64,000 bases of DNA from Botryllus schlosseri (Eukaryota): the NCBI GenBank assembly GCA_051294905.1, contig CM119371.1, forward strand, positions 6,698,001 to 6,762,000, read 5' to 3'. The position numbers were made by a program, and so were the translations under genes. Positions within the stretch are counted from its first letter, which is position 1; every line of letters starts with the position of its first letter. This document shows, in pieces, positions 24,741 through 36,159 of the stretch. Under the pieces are notes generated by a model. The model had not been told where the DNA came from, did no database searches, and saw only the letters and a program-made list of their open reading frames with translations.

Positions 24741-27700
24741 GTGAGAACGCTGGAAACCGATAGGGTTATCCAGGGCCAGAGTAGCGGTAAAGATACTTCC
24801 ATCGTCAACAAAATGACTGGAAGCTATCAGAAGGGGAAAAAACCTTCCAAATCCATTCAGGGCAACTTCCCGGAAAGACTGAAATCCTGCAGCCGCTGTT
24901 TCATCGATCACCAGAGAAAAGACTGTCAATATCGACATTCAGTATGTCAGAAATGTGGTCGTAAAGGTCATATCAAACCTGTGTGCATGTCTACCAAACC
25001 TAGCATCACGCAACAGGTCACATCCGTCAATTTCTGCTCAGTGCCGCTCCTCTCTTTCGACATCGATCAACTATATCGACGCGTAGGAAACCAGCTCTGG
25101 ATCAACTCCAGCATCAACGGCATTCCGTTGCCGACTCAGTGGGACACTGGTGCACCCTCCGCCATGGTGGGATTGACTGGGTACAAAACTTTGGGCTCTC
25201 CGAAACTCTCAGCATACCATTGCTCTTTCGTAGCGTATGGCGACAAGCCACTGAAAGTGAAAGGTATTTGCACTGTAACCGTGCAGGTGGGTTCTGAAGT
25301 TCGAGTTGGCTTAAAATTGGTGGTTCTCGACGAACACCGTGGGCAAAACATTTTTGGTCTTGATTGGAGCGATGCTTTCTCCATGACCACTAAGGGAACG
25401 TCTGCTTTGGATGCAATTTCCTCGCAGATGGTCAAATCGCAATCATGTAATACTATTGACATTTCTGATTCGAACGACAAATTGGTATCTTTTCAGTCCA
25501 AATTTCCCTCCGTTTTCTCTAATGTATTAGGACGATGCACCAAGACAAAGGTGACAATTCACTTGAAACCTAATGCCAAGCCCGTATTTAACAAGCCACG
25601 CCCTTTGCCTTTCGCAAGGCAAATCGCTGTTCAAACCGAATTGGATAGATTAGTCAATCAAGGTATCCTCGAACCAGTCAATTACAGTGATTGGGCAGCA
25701 CCAATTGTTGCCGTCACTAAATCAAATGGATCAGTACGCATTTGTGGTGACTTCAAAGCATTGAATCAACAAATTCAGATAGATCAACATCCCCTGCCCT
25801 CCTTGGATGAAATCCTTCACAAGTTACAGGGTGGTTGTATTTTCACGAAAATTGATCTTGCCGATGCTTATTTTCAGCTAGAATTAGATGATGATGCGAT
25901 GAATTTGTGTGTCATCAACACGCAATTCGGTCTATTCCGTTATCGACGCATGTGTTTCGGAGTCGCATCTAGTCCCGCAAATTTTCAACGTTGTATTGAT
26001 GCCATGATCGCCGGCTTACCAGGTGTTGCTAGTTTTATCGATGACATAATCGTTACTGGCATTGATGAACGCGATCATTTTCGCAACTTATCGCTACTCT
26101 TTGAGCGCCTCACCGAATACGGTTTCACCGTCAACTTCGCGAAGTGTGAATTTTTCAAAAGTAGTATCGAGTACCTTGGTCACATAATCGACAAGGACGG
26201 CAAACGCCCGTCTAACAAATCCGTTGAAGCAATCAAACAGTTGCCTAAACCTCAGGATGTTCGCCAGCTACAGGCATTCCTGGGCAAAGTCAATTATTAT
26301 CGCGCGTTTATTCCTAATTTCACGGATAAAGCCGCTGCCTTGTACCGCCTTCTTCAAAAAGACGCGAAATTCATTTGGAATACGGACTGTGACGCAGCTT
26401 TTCGCATTCTCAAAAACGACGTAATCGACGCTACGCAGTTAGCTCATTATGATGTAAACAAGCAGCTCATTTTGTCAACTGATGCTTCTCAATTCGGAAT
26501 TGGCGCTGTCCTCTCAATCGAGCACAATGGCGAAGAGAGACCGATCGCGCACGCATCCAAAACACTTTCCGATTCGCAAAAATCCTACTCCCAAATCGAG
26601 AAGGAAGCTCTGTCAATCATTTACGGAGTCACTAAATTTCGTCAATTCTTGTATGGTAGAAAATTTACGCTCGTAACGGACCACAAACCGCTTTTAGCTA
26701 TTTTCTCGCCGGACAAGAAAATTCCCGTGATTACAGCGCAACGCTTACAGCGATGGGCACTAACGCTCATGGCTTACCAATACGATATTCGCTTTAAACC
26801 AACTAATCAGCACGGAAACGCCGACGGTTTATCTCGCCTACCAAAAGGCCCAGACCCTGAGTTTGACGAACTGGAAACTCGTGAAAACGCGGAGATCGTT
26901 CACGCTATTAATATGGCATTCGATGGCTTGCCGTTAACTCGCAATGAAATTCGCGACGCGACGCTGAAGGACAAAACCATGAAACTAGTAAAATTATCTG
27001 TCACTCATGGTAATTGGAATCCAAAGACGCACATTGATGATTTTTCTTGGTTTTCGACTCGCAAACATTCGCTTTCTCTGCACGAAGACATAGTCATGCT
27101 CAATATTGATGGTTTTCAGCGCGTAGTAATTCCGCAGTCACTTCGCTCGCGAGTCTTATCATTGTTGTACGAAGGACATTGGGGTATCGCGAAAATGAAG
27201 CAGATGGCTCGACGTTACGTCGCATGGCCTTCCATTAATCGCGACATTGAAAATCTCGTGAAGAGTTGCGACGCTTGCCGCAAAGTAATGAAAGCGCCTG
27301 ATCGTCAGTATCGCGAATGGCCTAAAACGTCTGAAAGCTTTGATCGAATTCACTTGGACTTCGCAGGTCCAATAAACAATAAAATGTTTCTTGTCATCGT
27401 CGATGCGCATTCGAAATATCCTTTCGTTAGTGTAATGAATGTCGGTTCTACCACAACCTTGTGTGTGGTCAACGCTTTGAGGGAAGTCTTCTCTATCGAA
27501 GGCTTGCCCATAACAATTGTTACGGATGGCGGGCCGCAATTCACATCGAATGAATTCGATACGTTTTGCTCTAATTTGGCAATCAGCCATATCGTATCAC
27601 CGTTTTTTCACCCTGCCTCGAACGGGGAAGCGGAGCGTTTCGTCCAGACTTTGAAAGCAGGATTAATAAAAAATTGCGACGGGGGAAAAGATCTCAACTT

Positions 27701-28196
27701 CGCGCTCCAAACACTTCTCGCTACGTACCGATGTGCACCGCACCCGGGCATAGACTGGAAAACGCCTGCCGAGATTTTACATGGTCGGCAGCCGCGCAAT
27801 TTGTTAAGTTTGTGCTCGCCCTTCGACAAATCGAAACCCGTTACGCCTAGACAATCAGTCACTCATTTTGAGATTGGTTCCTCGGTTTACGCTCGCAGTT
27901 ACCGAAGCGGACCAAAGTGGGTTGCTGGCGTGGTGACGGAAATACTGGGGCGTGTTGTGTACATCATAAAAACAGATCATGGGTATTGGAGGAGGCACAA
28001 AAACCAACTCCAACAACGCTTGATTTCCACTGGTCATGATACAGCCACACAGGAAGTTGCTCAGCCTCAACAGTCCCAAGCTGAGCAACCATTGGTTAGG
28101 AATAGGGCACAACGTCCTGCAGCTAGTCCTGCTCGATCGTCGGGCAGACGTTATCCTCTTAGAAATAGGAAACCCACCGATTTCTATAGACCGTAA
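24741..28196 (+). CDS. pol: Gag zinc knuckles plus Pol polyprotein (protease, RT, RNase H, integrase); open frame but downstream of gag frameshifts
   Basis: CQKCGRKGHIKPVC knuckle, WDTGA protease, KIDLADAYFQ and FIDD RT, TDAS/TDHKPL RNase H, HLDFAGP..TDGGPQF..SNGEAER integrase. Confidence 0.9.
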   Translation: MRTLETDRVIQGQSSGKDTSIVNKMTGSYQKGKKPSKSIQGNFPERLKSCSRCFIDHQRKDCQYRHSVCQKCGRKGHIKPVCMSTKPSITQQVTSVNFCSVPLLSFDIDQLYRRVGNQLWINSSINGIPLPTQWDTGAPSAMVGLTGYKTLGSPKLSAYHCSFVAYGDKPLKVKGICTVTVQVGSEVRVGLKLVVLDEHRGQNIFGLDWSDAFSMTTKGTSALDAISSQMVKSQSCNTIDISDSNDKLVSFQSKFPSVFSNVLGRCTKTKVTIHLKPNAKPVFNKPRPLPFARQIAVQTELDRLVNQGILEPVNYSDWAAPIVAVTKSNGSVRICGDFKALNQQIQIDQHPLPSLDEILHKLQGGCIFTKIDLADAYFQLELDDDAMNLCVINTQFGLFRYRRMCFGVASSPANFQRCIDAMIAGLPGVASFIDDIIVTGIDERDHFRNLSLLFERLTEYGFTVNFAKCEFFKSSIEYLGHIIDKDGKRPSNKSVEAIKQLPKPQDVRQLQAFLGKVNYYRAFIPNFTDKAAALYRLLQKDAKFIWNTDCDAAFRILKNDVIDATQLAHYDVNKQLILSTDASQFGIGAVLSIEHNGEERPIAHASKTLSDSQKSYSQIEKEALSIIYGVTKFRQFLYGRKFTLVTDHKPLLAIFSPDKKIPVITAQRLQRWALTLMAYQYDIRFKPTNQHGNADGLSRLPKGPDPEFDELETRENAEIVHAINMAFDGLPLTRNEIRDATLKDKTMKLVKLSVTHGNWNPKTHIDDFSWFSTRKHSLSLHEDIVMLNIDGFQRVVIPQSLRSRVLSLLYEGHWGIAKMKQMARRYVAWPSINRDIENLVKSCDACRKVMKAPDRQYREWPKTSESFDRIHLDFAGPINNKMFLVIVDAHSKYPFVSVMNVGSTTTLCVVNALREVFSIEGLPITIVTDGGPQFTSNEFDTFCSNLAISHIVSPFFHPASNGEAERFVQTLKAGLIKNCDGGKDLNFALQTLLATYRCAPHPGIDWKTPAEILHGRQPRNLLSLCSPFDKSKPVTPRQSVTHFEIGSSVYARSYRSGPKWVAGVVTEILGRVVYIIKTDHGYWRRHKNQLQQRLISTGHDTATQEVAQPQQSQAEQPLVRNRAQRPAASPARSSGRRYPLRNRKPTDFYRP

Positions 28197-28229
28197 ATGT
28201 GGGCAACCCTCTAACTTACAGGGGAGGAC

Positions 28230-28485
28230 TGTTATGTTCGTGCATTTACGTTCGGTGTCGTAGAACTCTTTCTTTCTATAGGATTAGTAATTTCAGCCAA
28301 TCATTATTTCCTCGTGTGTCATGCTTGTATTTATACCCTGTGTTCTGTTGTCTCGGGGTCTTTTCATTTAACTGAACTCTGGATCGTGTCGCCTGCCGTT
28401 AAGTTATACTGCTGATAATATACTGATTTCTTATTGCAACCTCGTCGCATTGAGTTATTGTTCAAACAAGATCAGGAACATAACA
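28230..28485 (+). repeat. 3' LTR (256 bp)
   Basis: Direct repeat of 5' LTR, preceded by polypurine tract. Confidence 0.93.
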
Positions 28486-28755
28486 ACGACTGCTCTTATT
28501 GTGAACATGAGACTGCTCTTATTGTGAACATGACTGCTCTTATTGTGAACATGAGACTGCTCTTATTGTGAACAGAATTGCTCTTATTGTGAACATAATC
28601 GAACCAACCCTCCTCAATAAGTAGGGCGATTTTTTTTGACATGTCAAAATTGTTAATTGAGTCAAAAATTTTTTGACGTCTGCATTTCGTTTGTATCGTA
28701 GATTTTGCACTGTCGGTGAACGTATCCTTTGATATTTCACAGCTTTTAGCCTACT

Positions 28756-31700
28756 TTAGTGGCGTCGTGGTGAGCGGACGCGTTTCTAGCGCTCCCGTAA
28801 TGTAGCTATGATAATTGGCGAAAATCCAGGATTCTAGAAGACAAGAAGTCGATTTATCGAGTTAGATAGACAGAATTTTCACCAACCAAATTGATACACC
28901 AACGATACAGCAAGAAATCGGCTGAAGACGCAAAAAGTTTGATGAACTGGATATATCATTTGGAGATAGGATATCAAGACTGAACAGAACTGTGGTTGCT
29001 ACATCGGGAAATTTGCCATTGGCTGCAATACTTCACCAACCGTCAGACAATCAATACCGATTTGGACCCAGCTTCGCCAACCGTTGGACAAAATACATAG
29101 CAATTTTGAACCGAAACTCTATACTTGATATTATTCATCCAAAGGTTTGGTGCTAATATATTTCGATATATGCTACTGTAAAATCGCTATTTGTAGCGCT
29201 CTTCGCCCTCATAATTGGATTAAGCCAGCGTTGCGTGACGCGATTCGAACTGCGCGAACGCATAATGTCCATTCACTGACAAGCTAACATGGGAATTTGG
29301 GTCAACTCGGAATCATGACGAATAAGAATAGTTTCCCACTGATCAGAAAGTGTAACTCAATATCGATCAACGAGACGGCATCAATTCTGCAAGCCCCGAA
29401 GGGTAAACAAATTAGTTTGATTCATACAAATATCAGAGGATTGCAATCTAATTCCCACCATGATGAGTTAAAAGACCTTATCGTTGACCTGAAGTCACCT
29501 ACCTTCGTAGCAATTTCAGAAATAAACTTTTCAACCAAACCCACGCAAAACGTTGATATATCGGGCTACAACTTCGAGTATACTCCGGCACCGAAGTCAA
29601 AGAAATCTTACGGAGGTGTTGGTCTTTACATTGAAGAAAAAATTCCTTACGAAATTTGCACGGACTACGATCTGAATGTCAAAGATTGCGAAGAGCTATG
29701 GCTGGAAGTTGATCACCCAATTGGAATTCACAAATCTTTTCTTGTGGCCGTATTATACCGACATCCCACGAAAAACATGAACCAATTCGCAAAAGCGTTG
29801 GAGCGCTCACTGGACAAAATCAACAGCGACAAAAAGATGTGTTTCATTGCGGGAGATATTAACATAAACCTTCTAAAACACAAAAGCAACGCATACTCCA
29901 ACGCCGTCAAATCCGCCGGTCTCTACCCAATGATCACCGAGCCTACACGCATAACCGAAAAGTCAAGGACTTTGATCGACCACATATATACCAACTCGCG
30001 CGACATGGAAATCATTCCATTTGTCATTTCGGCAAAAATCAGTGACCACAACCATATTGGTTTTCTATCACAAGAACAACAAAGGACACCCCCCGAAACA
30101 TATCACCTTTGCAGACGACAAGAGTTAGTGGACGAAGAAGCGCTCGATGATGCCGCATTCAATCAATTTAAAACATCAGCCATCCCCCACCTCTCGGTAA
30201 ACAACTTTGACGAAAAATTTGTTGAGTTTATGTCTGCTATCAAATCACTGCTGGGACAATTTGCACCTCTACAGCGCCTTTCGAGAAGTCAAAGAAAATT
30301 GAAGCGAAATCCGTGGATGACCACAAAGCTGATTCAACTTATCCGTTAACGTAACCGGTGGCATAACCGAATAGACACCAAGAACTGCCCAGAACATGAA
30401 CGAGAAAGATTTCGACGTTTCAGGAATCGCACCGTGCATCTTATTTCCAAGGCAAAAGCAAAATACAATGAGAGATTTTTCAACAGACACATAAAGGACA
30501 CTCGAAAAACATGGTCAGGACTTAACTCTCTCCTACATCGAAAAAAAGGCCATAAGTCTGTTTCGGAAATTGTGAATTCGGATACCGGAAACAAACTTTC
30601 AGACCCGGCGGCGATCGCGAATCACTTCAATGAGTATTTTTGTAACGTAGGCCCAAATATTGCTTCTTCTATTACAAAACCTGTGTCGGCCAGGTCAGAG
30701 GTGAGATCGATATCCCAGTCAATTGTGCTTGAACCTACGACCAAATACGAAGTAGAAGTAGCCATCCACAAACTGAAATCGCACAAGGCCGACGGCTATG
30801 ACCAAATCCCATCATGGTTTTTAAAAATGATAAGCCTGCATATCGGTCAATATATGGCCCATTTTTTCAACTTCATGATAGAAAATGGAGTCTACCCAAG
30901 CTATCTAAAAAAAGCCAGAGTAGTCCCTGTACACAAAGCTGGGGATAGAACTAATGTCACCAACTACCGTCCGATATCCGTTCTCCCATGCATCGGGATT
31001 GTATTTGAAAAGTTGCTCCTCTCCCGCCTGTCCTCATTCCTCGCCAAAATGTCTGTCATTTCCCCTCAACAATTTGGCTTCCGAAACAAACACCAAACCG
31101 CTCATGCCCTCCTAACAGTGGCCGAACAGTACTATGATATCTCAGAGAAGCGAAATGTGGGATGTAGCATTTTTCTAGACCTAAAAAAAGCGTTTGACTG
31201 CGTAGATCATAAAATTCTCATCTCGAAATTGGCGCGTTACGGACTTCGGGGCCCACAACTTGAGCTCATGAAAAGTTACCTCACTGGACGCTAACAAATG
31301 GTTGCGATCTCAGACACCTTGTCTTCTCCTCACCCGGTGACCTGTGGTGTGCCCCAGGGCTCAGTACTTGGACCGGTCCTTTTCACCTTATATGTCAACG
31401 ACATTTTTGAAATCTCCTCATTGAACACCACACTGTTCGCTGATGATACTCACCTCCTCTCTTCCGCATCTTCGACGGCAGAGCTGGATGCCCTGACTGG
31501 TGACCAAATGCCCAAAGTCCATGAGTGGACGGCCCAGAACAACCTTTGCATAAACGCCTCGAAATCGCAATTGCTGACAATAAATTCAAAAAATAACCTA
31601 ACCGTTAATATCGCTGGTCAGCCCGTTTCCAACACAGATAATGCCAAATATCTCGGAGTTTTACTGGACTCGAACATGTCCTGGAAGAGTCATATTCAGT

Positions 31701-32516
31701 CCCTAGAAACTAAATTATCACCGAAGTGCGGCCTGTTCTACAGCCTTAAGCGCTTCATGCCAGCATGGGTTCTTCTGATACTCTTTAAATCCTTAATCCA
31801 ATCGAAGTTACATTATGGCATCCTCTGTTGGGGGGCTGCCAGTAAAACTGCACTCAAGCCACTGCAGAAACTACAGCACAAAGTACTCCGAATCATAGCT
31901 AGGGCCCCAAAGGGACCTGGCTGCCCATCCAATAAGTCACTGCTGAAGAGATTCGGCGTCCTAAACATAGAAGATATGCGGAAACTAGAAATCGCCAAGT
32001 TCATGTATCAGTTTCACTGCGGTCGTTGCCCCGAATATTTCAATGACTTCTTTACCTGTGAATCAAAAGCGCACAAGTACAATACACGCGCGTCCACGTC
32101 GTCCAAATATCATATGATCGACCGAAAAGATCATCGCTCCATCAAATATGCCGGACCTGATGTGTGGAACAGTATCCCGCCGGCCATCCGACAGTCGACG
32201 AGCATGTCCACATTCAAGCAATTACTACTAAATAAATACAGTCCATCCTCAAGATTACCGGACCACGACTGACCTATCGATCTCGCTTCCCATGACATGC
32301 CGCCCTATTTCTTGTCGCATTCTTTTTCTATACTATCTTCTTTACTTTCATTCAGTGTGCATGCCTCCTCTTTACATCGCCTAGGCCAAGGTGGGTGTCA
32401 GATTCCATAGACTACTCTTTGTCGCTTCGACATCTTCCTGTCTTTTCATTGTATCGCATTTTTGTGGTGTATTGAACTGATAAAATTGCTAATAAACCAA
32501 TGATGATGATGATGAT
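28756..32516 (+). mobile_element. CR1/L2-group non-LTR retrotransposon (LINE), near full length
   Basis: APE+RT ORF2, 3' UTR, aataaa and (atg)n tail; interrupts the Kelch-upstream block tagcctac/tataggcctacc. Confidence 0.9.
29297..32272 (+). pseudogene. LINE ORF2 (APE endonuclease + reverse transcriptase) with two in-frame TAA stops
   Basis: HTNIRGL, GGVGLYI, GDININL, LIDHIY, SDH; NYRPISVL, FLDLKKAFD, GVPQGSVLGP, FADD; single frame, stops at 30347-30349 and 31292-31294. Confidence 0.9.
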
Positions 32517-32701
32517 TATAGGCCTACCGTTGTAAACGGTTAATTGTCTGCTCATTGTGAATCATAAATGGTCAAATAAAACAAATATGTAGAAATGGTA
32601 TTACGGTCAACGCACCGCAATATCCTAACTGAAGAAAGACTTCTTTGGCATTGCATCATCCTTATATTGAGAAGCGCATGATGAAAAATTGTGATGTAGA
32701 C

Positions 32702-33890
32702 CAGTGTTTCTCAACCGCCGGTCCGCGGACCGGTGCCGGTCCGCGACGACATTCCTGCCGGTCCGCCAGGTATATTACAATTTTATACCTTAATTTCAAG
32801 ATGTAGTGTTGGAGGCGACAAGTACAGAAAAGATACGAGCTGACTCATCGCTAAACAGTCAGCTTGCGCGAACATTCGTTTTTGATTCATTCATATTGTG
32901 CGGGAACGTAACTGAGGCACCGCAAACCGCCCAATTGGAGAGGGACCGAGCTTGAAAAGGGCCCAAAATTATTCGGCAAACGAACATAAATCACAGCGTA
33001 CTTTTTTGAAACTTATTCCAGCACTTTTCAATTTCTTTTCGCGCGATTTGATGTCACCAAAAGCCTTCCTTCTAGGTGCCCTATTATACGCATGCCATTA
33101 CCGCGCCACGACGTACCAACACATAATGAAGTTCAGGCAAACATGGGACTCCAAAAGTTGTACCAAAAATTCGGCCGCAAGAATACCGATTCAGTCATTA
33201 ATGACAGAAAATTTTCGCTACTGGCGCGATTAAGCTATATAAACTCTCTGCTTACAGTGAGTAGAATGAATGTAGTCACAGGTACAGGTGAACACATCCA
33301 CCGAACTGACGGGTCTGGGGGCAAAGCCCCAGGACGTTTGGCTTATCGCCCTATGGGGACCCCAAGACCAGCGTTTTTTGGGTGAACTGACGAAGTAATA
33401 TTTCGGTCCGATTTGCGCGTGGTCGGTGTAGCTGCTGCATTGTATTCGTAGTTTCCAGAGTAGCCTACATATGGTGGCAGTGGGCAATGAGCAAGGTAGC
33501 CTGGCAAGGTGCTTCGTTCTACTCCGAAACGCCCCTTCTCTCGATTTTGTCAAAGAGAAGAATATTATTCGTGTTGGCGTGGTCGGTTATACGCACGGCT
33601 TTCGGCGCGAAAGACTGTAAACAACTCTCGGCGGTAGCACGTTCATCTGGACAAGGCAATTTTATTTCGACTCAGCAGACTCACTACCATAAAAACACAT
33701 GGATGCAATCATGAAGATAATTAATTACGATCAAAACTCTCTAAATGTCACACTCTAGCACCATATAAATGCAAGAAACGGTTGCATACTTGACATTTTG
33801 GTTTCATTTCAATTTTGAAAATTAACCGGTCCGCCAGGCATTTTTTGAAATTTTACCGGTCCGCGAGGTGAAAAAGGTTGAGAACCACTG
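32702..33890 (+). mobile_element. hAT MITE (ggtccgcgg subterminal family)
   Basis: cagtgtttctcaacc / ggttgagaaccactg; flanked by atgtagac on both sides. Confidence 0.85.
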
Positions 33891-33898
33891 ATGTAGAC

Positions 33899-36159
33899 CA
33901 GTGGTTCTCAACCTTTTTCGCCTCGCGGACCGGTGAAATTTCAAAAAATGTCTGGCGGACCGGTGAACAGTCAAAATTGAAATGAAGCCAAAATGTAAAG
34001 CATGCAACCGTTTTTGGCAATTATATGATGCTAGACAGTGACAATTGGAGGGTTTTGATCGTATTTAATAATATTCATGATGGCATCCATGTGATTTTAT
34101 GGTAGTGAATCTGCCAAGTCGAGGTAAAATTGCCTTGTCCAGATAAACGTGCTACCGCTGAGAGTCGTTTACAGTCTTTCGCGCCAAAGGCCGTGGGTTT
34201 AAACGGCCACGCCAACTCAATACCGACCGACAATATCAAGAGAAGAAGCGTATCGGGGTCGAACCAAGCACCTTGTCGTGCTACCTTGCTCATTGCCCAC
34301 TGCCACCAGACGCAGGCTACTCCGATAACTGCGAATACAGTGCGTGCCGCAAGAAAACACATTACAGCAGCTATACCGGCCATCCGCAAATCCGGGACGA
34401 AAAAGCACTTCGTCAGCCCACCCCCAAAAACGTTGATCTTGGGGCCCACACAGGGCGATAAGCCAAACTTCCGGGGGCTTCGCCTCAAGACCCTACACTT
34501 GATTGGATGTTTTCACCTGTACTTGTGATCAAATCCATTCTACTCAGCGTAAGCAGAGAGTTTACGTAGCTTATCTCGACAATGGCGACAATTTTCGATC
34601 ATTCACGACTGAAGCGCTTTTCTCGCGGGCGAATTTTAGGCCGAAATTTCGGAGTCCCATATGTTAACCTAAACTTCATTATATGTGGATACGTCGTGGT
34701 GCGACAATGGCTGACGCCGACATGCCTATAAATCATCAATTTCTCGGAGAAGGGCACCTAATAAGCAAGACATTTAGGTACACTAAATCGTGCAAAGCCC
34801 GAAAAGAAATTGAAAAATGTTGGAAAAAGTTTCAAATAAAACGCTATGATTTTTATTCATTTGCGAAATAATTTTGGGCCCTTTTCAAGCACGGCCCCTC
34901 TCCAATTGGGCGGTTTGGGGGGCCTCAGTTACGGTCCTGCACAAAATAAATGAGTCAAAAACCAATGATCAAACTGCGCTGCTTAGCGATGAGTGAGGTC
35001 GTATCTGTTCTGTATTTGTCGCTCGCATGTCGTCAAATGAAACGTCTTGTACTTTAAGTCAAATCGAACATGTTTCTAGCCCTAATGTTACCTCACGAAG
35101 TTTTAAATCAGTTTAAAATTAGATGTTTTATTTATTTTATCAAAGAACAAGCCTTCAACACAGTGTTGGGATCAAGTCACTACCTTCGAGTCACGAGTCA
35201 TTACGAGTAATTGCACATTTTGACTCGAGTCAAGTCAAGTCAATCGGTTTTCGAAGATGACTCGAGTAAAGTCAAGTCAAGTCACCAGTCAAGTCAAAAT
35301 TCAAATCTAGTTGCCTTTTCGTAGTATGAGGCATGATTACGTCATTACATTTTGCTAGCTTTCTGAAATACAGATTAAGTGGTCATTGATTTCGAACCGA
35401 TGAACGAATATAGAGTTAAATATACACCCAAGAAGGCGCTGTATCGCTCACATATACGTAGCCTCAGTTTATAGTTACCAACCAAAATGGGGAATATATA
35501 AACGAATTGATAAGATGCAATACATTACCCTTTACCCATTTATACACATTGATATGATACAATTCGAGCCTGCGCCAATGGTTGAGGTGTATATAAACCA
35601 CATTCGAATTCAAAATCAATAAAACAAGAGGTTTTGTTAAGGTAGATAATTTTCTATTATATTACTGTACTACTAGTTTACGACAACGTAAGCTGTAAGC
35701 TTCGATCGCTTCGTTTGTGGTCAATTTATTTGTGAGAGAACAATGGAGGCTCAGTAAAACGCACGATCATTGAATGATTGGTCGCTCTCACGGGTTACAC
35801 CAGCGTTTCGCGAACAATCTGAACATATGCAAGATACAGTGATTTTTATCGACACCGATTAATTTATGACTTGAAATTGACTCGTGAATTTTGCTCCGAG
35901 TCACGAGTCAATCCACATTTTTGATACGCCGAGTCAAGTCAAGTCAAGTCATTTTAGCAAAGTGACTCAAGTCAAGTCAAGTCATGCGAAAAAGGTGACT
36001 CGAGTCTGACTCGAGTCAAGTCATGACTCGAGTCATCCCAACACTGCTTCAACTTTGCATCTTGAAATTAAAGTATAAAATTGTAATATTCCTCGCGGAC
36101 CGGCAGGAATGTCGTCGCGGACCGGCACCGGTCCGCGGACCGGCGGTTGAGAACCACTG
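33899..36159 (-). mobile_element. Inverted diverged copy of the same hAT MITE, with nested 35161-36046 element
   Basis: Same TIRs in opposite internal orientation; flanked by atgtagac on both sides. Confidence 0.85.
35161..36046 (+). mobile_element. hAT-like MITE with gagtcaagtca subterminal repeats
   Basis: cagtgttgggat / atcccaacactg; TSD cttcaaca/cttcaact. Confidence 0.8.

Larger units (their letters stand above)
23683..28485 (+). mobile_element. Ty3/Gypsy LTR retrotransposon, Mag/K02A2.6-like, young
   Basis: TG...CA LTRs 23683-23931 and 28230-28485; PBS; polypurine tract aggggagg before 3' LTR; gag then PR-RT-RH-IN order. Confidence 0.95.
22147..28611. mobile_element. Foldback-type non-autonomous DNA element with minisatellite arms, hosting the LINE fragment and the Gypsy element
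   Basis: Inverted termini agggttggttcgattatgttcacaataagagc / gctcttattgtgaacataatcgaaccaaccct; alternating 20/22-bp and cggacatcatgtctgggg repeats; left end ta+caggg (Tc1/mariner-like); no matching TSD. Confidence 0.7.

Noticed and set aside
24390..24745. Programmed gag-pol ribosomal frameshift
   Set aside because: Two shifts fall inside gag, no convincing slippery heptamer, and Mag-type elements usually have one fused ORF.
25136..28112. Antisense ORFs within pol, LINE ORF2 and Kelch genes
   Set aside because: Expected shadow frames of real coding sequence.
30347..31294. Possible TAA recoding or alternative genetic code in LINE ORF2
   Set aside because: Gypsy pol ends at TAA and the intact long ORFs contain no internal stops; simple nonsense mutations suffice.
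33092..34528. ORFs of 97-137 aa inside the ggtccgc hAT MITEs
   Set aside because: Frames are not conserved among the three copies and show no transposase motifs.
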